DNA from: Candidatus Omnitrophota bacterium | Lineage (GTDB): Bacteria > Omnitrophota > Gorgyraeia > Gygaellales > Profunditerraquicolaceae | Direction: 5' to 3' | NCBI GenBank assembly: GCA_030650425.1 | Contig: JAUSED010000009.1 | Location: forward strand, 142,846-206,845 | Length of the DNA: 64,000 nt | Part shown: piece after piece, positions 57,971 through 64,000 of the stretch | Numbering within the stretch: the stretch's first letter is position 1 | Layout: each line of letters opens with the position of its first letter | Notes under the pieces: generated by a model | Told to the model about the DNA's origin: nothing | Seen by the model: only the letters and a program-made list of their open reading frames with translations | Databases searched by the model: none | Position numbers and translations under genes: made by a program

Positions 57971-59040
57971 CTTTTAGGATATTCTGCTAATACCTCTCCC
58001 TGCAAGGAAAGCAGCACGCAGTCAATCGAAAGCTGATGATTTACAAATTCATTCAGCACATCTACCGTTCTTTTTGCGAGCATATCAAAAGTCCGCGTAA
58101 ACTTGTGTTTCTTTAATATATCAACAGCGGCTTCGGCTGATACTTGTCTGGACACCTCTTCAATAATCTCTTTTCCCGCTCCGCAAAGCAAGGCAAAATT
58201 CGCGATTGTCTTGATACGATTATCCCCGAATTTGATATTGGTGTCAAGCTGGCCATGCGCAACCTTCACTAATTTACCAATATAACCTACCAAAAGCACT
58301 TTTTTTATTTTCTTATTCAAGCATTCAGAGAGCATAAATCCGACATGGTCCCCAATTTTGACGATGGAATCCGGTTTAAGTTTAAGCCTTTCTTGACAAA
58401 ATTTTTCTCCCACATACCCTAAAACAAGAGTAGCCCTTCTATATCCCGCGGCCTTCAGCACGTCGAGTTGAAGAGATAAAGATGTCTTGTAGGCATCCGT
58501 TGATTTAGGCTCGACTATCCCGGTTGTACCGATTATAGATATGCCTCCCACAATGCCCAGCCTGGCGTTAAATGTGCGTTTGGCTATCTCCCTTCCTTTG
58601 GGAACGCTGATGATCGCCTCGATCCCTTTCCCTTGGTGGAGTAGATGCCTGACAATTTCTTTAAGAATCATCGATCTTGGCGTAGGATTAATCGCGTATT
58701 CGCCGACTCTCACCGCTAATCCCGGCTTGGTAACTATACCAACTCCTTCTGCGCCTCGCAAGAAAATCCCTTTTTTCCCGGAATATTGCACCCGCGCACA
58801 GATCCTAACGCCATTAGTTACATCAGGATCATCTCCGGCATCTTTAATTACCCCGCACTGAGCAAAATCCCTGCCTATTTTTTGGCCAACGATCTTCAGC
58901 TTAAGCTTTACGCCTTTAGGAGTTTCCACCTCAACGCTTTTTACCGGCTTTTTGGCGGCAAGCATAAGGCTCGCGGCTTTAGCAGCTGCCTGAGCACAGG
59001 TACCGGTGGTAAATCCTTTCCTTAGTGGTATTGAGTTCAT
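57853..59040 (-). CDS. cbiD: Cobalt-precorrin-5B C1-methyltransferase
   Basis: LRKGFTTGTCAQAAAKAA; C-terminal ~35 aa are repeat-encoded. Confidence 0.8.
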   Translation of the reverse strand: MNSIPLRKGFTTGTCAQAAAKAASLMLAAKKPVKSVEVETPKGVKLKLKIVGQKIGRDFAQCGVIKDAGDDPDVTNGVRICARVQYSGKKGIFLRGAEGVGIVTKPGLAVRVGEYAINPTPRSMILKEIVRHLLHQGKGIEAIISVPKGREIAKRTFNARLGIVGGISIIGTTGIVEPKSTDAYKTSLSLQLDVLKAAGYRRATLVLGYVGEKFCQERLKLKPDSIVKIGDHVGFMLSECLNKKIKKVLLVGYIGKLVKVAHGQLDTNIKFGDNRIKTIANFALLCGAGKEIIEEVSRQVSAEAAVDILKKHKFTRTFDMLAKRTVDVLNEFVNHQLSIDCVLLSLQGEVLAEYPKSRRGPRKGTLSTRAIRDGLKESVPYNKMHNRRGHFPSEL

Positions 59041-59957
59041 TGTGTTAATTGAGTCGTAGGGGACACTTTCCTTTTGAGAGTCCCCGGATAGCCCTGACGG
59101 AAAATGTCCCCTTCTGCGCGCCCTACGGTTGGTAAACTCTTTATAGCTTCTCTTGCCTCACCAATAGTAAGCGGAAGGCTGTTAAAATTAAATCCATCTT
59201 TTTTCCTTAAAATCTCGAATAAATGCCCTATGCGGGGTAATCTCAATTTGGCCTCCCGGATTACCTGGGCCTGAGAAAAAACATTTTCGGGCTTACCATC
59301 AAGTATAATTCTTCCTTGATTTAAGATAATCACACGATCGATGAACAAAGGCACCAGATCCACAGAGTGCGTGGACATCACCATAGTGATTCCATTTTCT
59401 TTGTTTAATTTTCTCAATAGCCGCATAATGGCGCTCGCTCCCATCGGGTCCAGGGATGAAGTTGGTTCATCCAAAAGCATCACCTCCGGCCCCATAGCTA
59501 AAACGCCGGCTAAACAAATCCTTTTCTTCTCGCCGAAACTTAAATTATGTATAGGCTTATCAGTAAATTCTAACATACTGACCGCGCCAAGCGCGTACTC
59601 TATTCTTTTAGAGACCTCCTCTTTGGTAAGCCCCATATTCACCGGGCCAAAGGCGATATCTTCGCCTACGGTCGAAGCAAACAGCTGGTCATCGGGATTT
59701 TGAAAACAAGTACATATTTTTCTAAATAGCATATCCTTGTTGATGGATCTAATATTCTTCCCTTCCAAATAAATCTCGCCTTTCGCGGTTTTTAGAAGGT
59801 GGTTCAGTATTTTTAAGAGCGTTGTTTTACCGGAACCATTGGCGCCTAAGACACCTAAAAACTCACCTTTCTTGACCGAAAGATTGATACTCCGCAAAAC
59901 GGATTTTCCGTCAGGATAACTAAAGTGGAGATCTTTTGCTTCCAGAATATCGACCAT
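59037..59957 (-). CDS. cbiO: Cobalt ECF transporter ATPase component
   Basis: GANGSGKTT, LSFGEKKR, LLDEPTSSLD; C-terminal ~25 aa are repeat-encoded. Confidence 0.8.
   Translation of the reverse strand: MVDILEAKDLHFSYPDGKSVLRSINLSVKKGEFLGVLGANGSGKTTLLKILNHLLKTAKGEIYLEGKNIRSINKDMLFRKICTCFQNPDDQLFASTVGEDIAFGPVNMGLTKEEVSKRIEYALGAVSMLEFTDKPIHNLSFGEKKRICLAGVLAMGPEVMLLDEPTSSLDPMGASAIMRLLRKLNKENGITMVMSTHSVDLVPLFIDRVIILNQGRIILDGKPENVFSQAQVIREAKLRLPRIGHLFEILRKKDGFNFNSLPLTIGEAREAIKSLPTVGRAEGDIFRQGYPGTLKRKVSPTTQLTQ
59053..59130. repeat. GGGGACACTTTCC hairpin unit with extended outer stem CGTAGGG...CCCTACG
   Basis: Arms at 59059..59071 and 59099..59111; loop ccggatagccctgac. Confidence 0.85.
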
Positions 59958-59998
59958 AAAATTATTGCTAATTAGTTAATGCTGAAAAACCCTCTTTT

Positions 59999-60090
59999 CG
60001 TCATTCTGAGGACCCTGAGTGTAACGAAGGGGACGAAGGATCTCAAGAGATTCTTCGTCGTCCGCCTGCGGCGGACTCCTCAGAATGACG
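59999..60090. repeat. GTCATTCTGAGGA...TCCTCAGAATGAC composite palindromic element (~92 nt)
   Basis: 13-bp perfect outer inverted repeat; inner hairpins gacgaagga.../...ttcgtc and gtccgcc-tgc-ggcggac. Confidence 0.8.
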
Positions 60091-60820
60091 ATAGGAAGAG
60101 ACTGTTCAATATTAAAAGCGCCCCTAAAATTATAATGAAAATGATAACGGCGGCAGTATCTTTGAAACTAAACTCTTTTTCTCCGGAGATATTCCGCGTC
60201 GAACCGTCGTATCCGCGCAGCAGCATAGATTCATATACCGCGATCGAGCGATCATAGGCCCTGATCACGGTTGAGCCCATTAATTCGCCAAAAGATTTCA
60301 AACTCCGGCCTAAACTGCTGTATCCTAAACGCGCTCTTTGGGCATTCCTGATCGTAACCGCGTCCTCCAGCAATACAAAGCTGTAGCGATAACTAAGCAT
60401 AGCTATCTCAACCCAGGTATTCGGCACTTGAAACCAGCGGGCCGCATGGAGCAGCTTATTTACCGGCGTGGTCATCGATAAGCATATAATTAAAGAAACG
60501 GCGCCTAAGACCCTTGCCACAATTAAGAAACCGGCTGCCAATCCATCGGCCATTCCATAAAAGAAGATCTGCATAATAAAAATCGCGCCTACCACACCCA
60601 AGGGGACGGCTAATCTAAGTAGAATAATCTTCGGCGGTATGCCGATCCCTAAAAGGATAACCAAAGATGAGAAAAAAACAATCAATGGCAGATAAGCATT
60701 ACGCGAAGAAACTACGATCATTATAGCCGCGGCTATAAAAAGCGCCTTGGCTCTCGCGTCCACCTCCGTTAAATAGTTTACCTTTTGAGCAAAATGATCA
60801 CTAAATACTTCGTTCAGCAA
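60080..60820 (-). CDS. cbiQ: Cobalt ECF transporter T component
   Basis: Multi-TM CbiQ pattern; 7-nt overlap with cbiM-N start. Confidence 0.7.
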   Translation of the reverse strand: MLNEVFSDHFAQKVNYLTEVDARAKALFIAAAIMIVVSSRNAYLPLIVFFSSLVILLGIGIPPKIILLRLAVPLGVVGAIFIMQIFFYGMADGLAAGFLIVARVLGAVSLIICLSMTTPVNKLLHAARWFQVPNTWVEIAMLSYRYSFVLLEDAVTIRNAQRARLGYSSLGRSLKSFGELMGSTVIRAYDRSIAVYESMLLRGYDGSTRNISGEKEFSFKDTAAVIIFIIILGALLILNSLFLSSF

Positions 60821-61986
60821 TTATGTCCCTTTTTCTCGGTAAAAAGCTTTCTAAAATTATAACCCATTACAAATCCTCCTGCCGCGCCTGCCAGAAGGAA
60901 AACAAAAAGCAACAGATCCCCTTGGTCGGTATTGATAAACGGCGTCCAGGCAGGCCGTCCATGTTCCGCGCTAATCTTCTCCACCACGCTCTCATCTACT
61001 CCGCTCCATTTAGGTAACAGTTCAACTAGCAAAAGAACTCTGTCGTAGGGGATGTCGTAGGGGACACTTTCCTTTTCAGGGCTTCGCGATAGCGCTGATG
61101 GAAAGTGTCCCCTGCGGTTAGGGCTTAACGCGCGCGAAGACAAGACGGCTATTGACGCAGGGGCACTTTCCTTTGAGTCTTGAGGGGACACTTTCCTACT
61201 CGCGTTTACTACTTGTTGGAAAGTGTCCCCTATGCGTGGAAAGTGTCCCCTACGGTTAAGGTTTAACGCGAAGGCAGGCTGGCTATTGGCGCATAAAAGC
61301 AGGCATATGAATAGAACGCCTATACTCTTTTTTACCACTCCCAGCGAAACTAAAATCTCAGGCCTTCTTTTATAGACAAAAACAATCATTCCCCCGGTCA
61401 AAAATCCCTCTAATATGCCTAAAGGAAGTTGCGTAGGAATAAAGGCAATCAGTACAGTGTAAAAAAGCGCTAACATCGGTTTGCTTCCATGAAGGGCCGA
61501 GGCCAATTCCAAGGAAGTTGTGATATAGGTAGCCCAATCCGCTAAAAGCCCGGCTGCAAATCCACAAAAGAATAAAGGAAGTTTAAATTTTCTTAATATC
61601 TTGAATGCGATGAAGGCGGCAAATGAACCGGCTATACCCATAGATACAATATCCGCGCCCCAAGTAGTCAGGCCGCCATGGGCTAAAAATAAAGCCTGGA
61701 TAAGCAAGGCAATGGAAGTTACAAATATGCTCATTATCGGCCCGATTAAAATGGCTGATATTCCGGTTCCGGCAGGATGAGAACAGGTGCCAGCGGTAGG
61801 CACAGGCACAGGCATACAGGAGATAACAAAAACAAGGGCTCCCATCAGCCCTAAAAGAGGTTTAAAACTTGGAGTTAGTTTTACCTTCTTCTTTATATCA
61901 AAGATCCCCTTGATCAGAAAAGGAGCGGCTAGCGCAGACCAGATACCAGCCCACCACAAAGGAAGAATCCCTTCTGAAATATGCAT
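60814..61986 (-). CDS. cbiMN: CbiM fused in frame to CbiN through ~250 nt of repeat sequence
   Basis: N-terminus MHISEGILPLWW... (CbiM); C-terminus ...GVDESVVEKISAEHGRPAWTPF...LLLFVFLLAGAAGGFVMGY (CbiN); no stop through 61040..61292. Confidence 0.65.
   Translation of the reverse strand: MHISEGILPLWWAGIWSALAAPFLIKGIFDIKKKVKLTPSFKPLLGLMGALVFVISCMPVPVPTAGTCSHPAGTGISAILIGPIMSIFVTSIALLIQALFLAHGGLTTWGADIVSMGIAGSFAAFIAFKILRKFKLPLFFCGFAAGLLADWATYITTSLELASALHGSKPMLALFYTVLIAFIPTQLPLGILEGFLTGGMIVFVYKRRPEILVSLGVVKKSIGVLFICLLLCANSQPAFALNLNRRGHFPRIGDTFQQVVNASRKVSPQDSKESAPASIAVLSSRALSPNRRGHFPSALSRSPEKESVPYDIPYDRVLLLVELLPKWSGVDESVVEKISAEHGRPAWTPFINTDQGDLLLFVFLLAGAAGGFVMGYNFRKLFTEKKGHNC
61040..61292. repeat. 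Largest cluster of GGGGACACTTTCC-family units: two copies of a ~110-nt composite unit, inside the cbiM-N reading frame
   Basis: Arms at 61060, 61100, 61159, 61184, 61218, 61238; direct repeat gg(t)taacgcg...ggctattg(a/g)cgca at 61116..61160 and 61253..61292. Confidence 0.85.
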
Positions 61987-61987
61987 A

Positions 61988-62629
61988 TTATAGCTCCCCC
62001 CTCTCTCTTTCGGCTATTTTTAACAATGCATTCACGCAAGCTACGGTTTCACTGCTTCCTCCGTATCTGCTTTTATTGGTAATATAAGGAATATCTAAAG
62101 TTCGCAATTTTTTCTTAGCCTCTTTAGCTCCTACAAAGCCTACAGGCAACCCAATGATCAAGGCAGGCCTTGTTTTGCCTTGACTAACCAACGCGCAAAC
62201 TTCAAATAACGCGGTGGGGGCATTACCGATAGCCACGATTCCGCCATTCATTAATTTATGGGCCTTTCTCATCGCCAATATGGAACGCGTAATATTTAAA
62301 CGGGAGGCTTGCTTCAGGATATCAGGACTATGCATAAAACAAATTATCTTACCCCTGAAACCCGATAATATTTTTTGGTTAATTCCGGCTCCAACCATAC
62401 TCGCGTCTACAACAATATTCTTCCCTTTTCTTATCGCCAAGAGCCCCTCTTTTACGGCCTTTGGATGGAACACAAGATCTTTGATATACTTTAAATCGCT
62501 GGTTGCATGCAGCACTCTTTTTAAGACCTCTTTCTGAGGTTCTGGTAATTTTACATTCTTTAAATATCGATCGACTATTTTGAAGCTCTTGGCTTGGATA
62601 TCCTTCGGATTAGTAATTATTCTCACCAC
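61988..62629 (-). CDS. cbiC: Cobalt-precorrin-8 methylmutase
   Basis: IVAIGNAPTALFEV signature. Confidence 0.8.
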   Translation of the reverse strand: MVRIITNPKDIQAKSFKIVDRYLKNVKLPEPQKEVLKRVLHATSDLKYIKDLVFHPKAVKEGLLAIRKGKNIVVDASMVGAGINQKILSGFRGKIICFMHSPDILKQASRLNITRSILAMRKAHKLMNGGIVAIGNAPTALFEVCALVSQGKTRPALIIGLPVGFVGAKEAKKKLRTLDIPYITNKSRYGGSSETVACVNALLKIAERERGEL

Positions 62630-63293
62630 CTAAAGCCTCCTCTACTATATCTAGGGCTATATCAACGATCCTTTTGTCTGCACCCAAGTTTTTTGTATAG
62701 CTAAAATTGACTTTTGGGTATTTTGCTTTTTCTTCTTTAATCATATAGGGGATATCGCGTGTCACATGATTGCCGTTAAAGAGAAAAAATGGAATGATAA
62801 TTACTTTCCGGCATCCTTGCGTGATAAGCTTTTTCACGCCTTTTGCTAAATCAGGCTGGGCAAGCTGAAGGTAGGCGGAAACAACCTTATTTAATCCCGT
62901 CTTTTGCTTAACCGCCTTAACCGCTGCCTCTAGATTAACGTTTGCTTTTTTTAATCTGCTGCCATGGCCAAGAATAATAATCCCTATTTCGGAATTATTT
63001 GGATTAGATTGCTTCGCTCCCTTCGGTCGCTCGCAATGACGACGAAACGTTTCTTCTTCTATGCGGATTTTATTATTTCTAATCAAAGTGAATATGTTTT
63101 CTGTAACTTTTCTTTTATGGATCCAGCTGCAGGATGCGCAAGACCAGATACCCTCCTTACGCTTAGCTGAATACACAAAACTACCCTTTTTCCCATCCAA
63201 ACAAGGATAAAATGGGCAATAACAAAAGGTGCAATCTTCTAATCCTTTGTGGCAGGGGAAAAACTTACAGGCCTTGTTTAGTCTATTAAGCAT
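62610..63293 (-). CDS. cbiX: Cys-rich N-terminal domain fused via a repeat-encoded linker to small-form sirohydrochlorin cobaltochelatase CbiX
   Basis: N-terminus CKFFPCH...CTFCYCPFYPC...CASC; linker RHCERPKGAKQSNP from repeat at 63008..63040; C-terminus IIILGHGSR...IIPFFLFNGNHV (CbiX). Confidence 0.7.
   Translation of the reverse strand: MLNRLNKACKFFPCHKGLEDCTFCYCPFYPCLDGKKGSFVYSAKRKEGIWSCASCSWIHKRKVTENIFTLIRNNKIRIEEETFRRHCERPKGAKQSNPNNSEIGIIILGHGSRLKKANVNLEAAVKAVKQKTGLNKVVSAYLQLAQPDLAKGVKKLITQGCRKVIIIPFFLFNGNHVTRDIPYMIKEEKAKYPKVNFSYTKNLGADKRIVDIALDIVEEALGGENNY
63008..63040. repeat. GTCATTGCGAG...GAAGCAATC element (reverse orientation), in frame inside the Cys-rich/CbiX gene
   Basis: gattgcttcgctcccttcggtcgctcgcaatgac. 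Confidence 0.75.
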
Positions 63294-63343
63294 AGTTTAT
63301 TCTTGATAAATAGATAAATAGGGACAGCGCCCATTTTTTTAGC

Positions 63344-64000
63344 TTAACGAACAGAAAAAAAATGGGCGCTGTCCCTATTTATCCTACAGCTGTTAATAAA
63401 GTTTTTAGCGAAATCCGTATTAGAGGCAAAATGCAGATGCGCGTAGCTGGCTAAAACGTTCTTAGTGACTAAACCGTCGTAAAATAGATTATCCTTGTCT
63501 TTGATGATTCTATAGGCAAAGGTAGAATTTTTAGGAATATTCGTAAGGCGCGACCAGTGGAAGAGATGCGCCCGATTTCTATCACCTTGATTACTCAATA
63601 TATTATCTTTGATCACCTGTACATTCACATAACCCATCCTATGCAACCTGTTACCCATATTCACTGAGCATTTAAATACCCCCACCATAGGGAATTTTCT
63701 TTTTTGGAAATCGATTAAATTTTTGACTAAATACATTAATCCGCCGCATTCGGCATAGATCGGCAGGCCATCTTTAGCTTTTTGATAAATCGACTGCCTG
63801 AGGCTTGCGTTCTTCGATAAATCAGAGGCAAAAACTTCCGGAAACCCGCCGCCAATATATAAACCATCGATCCCCTTCGGTAATTCCCTATCCCTCAAGG
63901 GGCTAAAGGTAACAATCTCTGCCCCCAAATGCTTCAATATATCCAGATTGTCCTGATAATAAAAATGAAAAGCCTTATCCTTGGCAATCGCTATCGTCAC
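63344..64000 (-). CDS. cbiA: Cobyrinate a,c-diamide synthase, 3'-partial (glutamine amidotransferase domain only; N-terminal part beyond window end)
   Basis: KDKAFHFYYQDNLDILK...GLYIGGGFPE...AECGGLMYL GATase-1 pattern; ORF open to the window edge. Confidence 0.75.
   Translation of the reverse strand: MTIAIAKDKAFHFYYQDNLDILKHLGAEIVTFSPLRDRELPKGIDGLYIGGGFPEVFASDLSKNASLRQSIYQKAKDGLPIYAECGGLMYLVKNLIDFQKRKFPMVGVFKCSVNMGNRLHRMGYVNVQVIKDNILSNQGDRNRAHLFHWSRLTNIPKNSTFAYRIIKDKDNLFYDGLVTKNVLASYAHLHFASNTDFAKNFINSCRINRDSAHFFSVR

Noticed and set aside
59979-60257. Plus-strand ORF (92 aa, FVILRTLSVTKGTKDL...)
   Set aside because: It is a translation of the GTCATTCTGAGG palindromic element and the antisense of cbiQ.
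55520-61300. CRISPR-array reading of the GGGGACACTTTCC repeats
   Set aside because: Units occur as inverted pairs forming hairpins, spacing is irregular, they straddle coding sequence, and there are no uniform spacers or nearby cas genes.
62964-63170. Plus-strand ORF (68 aa, ...LRSLRSLAMTTKRF...)
   Set aside because: Translation of the GTCATTGCGAG-family element antisense to the Cys-rich/CbiX gene.
54763-64000. Cobalamin riboswitch inside the cbi cluster
   Set aside because: No B12-box-like conserved core was seen in the hairpin loops. The operon is on the minus strand, so its leader lies beyond cbiA past the window end, where any riboswitch would sit.

Overview
This is a 64-kb window from an apparently uncultivated bacterium with roughly 40-45% GC, an anaerobic-type cbi cobalamin pathway and many small palindromic repeats. 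The window holds three kinds of content and one pervasive repeat layer.

- **Accessory island (1-11 kb):** a 5'-truncated Rhs/YD-repeat polymorphic toxin with FG-GAP repeats, YD repeats, an RHS core and an AT-rich C-terminal toxin tip that has a glycine-zipper membrane region and an HxH...SxxD motif. A small AT-rich immunity candidate follows. Next come two back-to-back IS elements: an IS4/IS701-like transposase and an IS1182/IS5-like element with clear 20-bp terminal inverted repeats. After them are two tandem Phd/YefM-RelE/ParE toxin-antitoxin modules driven by near-identical consensus sigma70 promoters, then a secreted glycine-rich protein.
- **Glycogen cluster (11-16 kb):** an outer-membrane beta-barrel with a terminator, a GH57 glucan enzyme, and a ParA/MinD-type ATPase fused to a CBM48 glycogen-binding module.
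- **Small DNA-binding genes (16-18.3 kb):** a lysine-rich histone-like protein, a Rho_N-like protein and a zinc finger, then a DUF134/LAGLIDADG/HTH module bracketed by perfect 16-bp inverted repeats.
- **SOS-like locus (18-24 kb):** dinB, a KilA-N protein, a lexA-recQ operon and a RhuM-like protein.
- **Housekeeping and signalling backbone (24-54 kb):** a secreted PLD protein, two HD-GYP and two PilZ proteins and YajQ (c-di-GMP signalling), an AmmeMemoRadiSam radical SAM enzyme with its MEMO partner 20 kb away, ExeA/GspB, aroB, SPOR/SH3/LysM-M23 envelope proteins, dGTPase, HIT, tRNA-Gly(CCC), thiC, heptose genes, pfkA, accBC, efp, pepP, aroQ, a Trm112-like gene, rpsU and a TonB-like gene.
- **Cobalamin cluster (54-64 kb, all on the minus strand):** cbiH, cbiG, cbiF, cbiL, cbiE, cbiD, cbiO, cbiQ, an in-frame cbiM-cbiN ORF, cbiC, a Cys-rich domain fused to CbiX, and the 3' end of cbiA.
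- **Repeat layer:** at least four families of short structured palindromic repeats lie over all of this. One is a GGGGACACTTTCC...GGAAAGTGTCCCC hairpin family concentrated at cbi gene junctions. Three are GTCAT...ATGAC families. Several copies sit in frame inside coding sequence: three inside the rhs YD-repeat region, one as a linker in the Cys-rich/CbiX protein, one in the CbiM-CbiN junction, and others as C-terminal tails on aroB, cbiF, cbiL, cbiD and cbiO.
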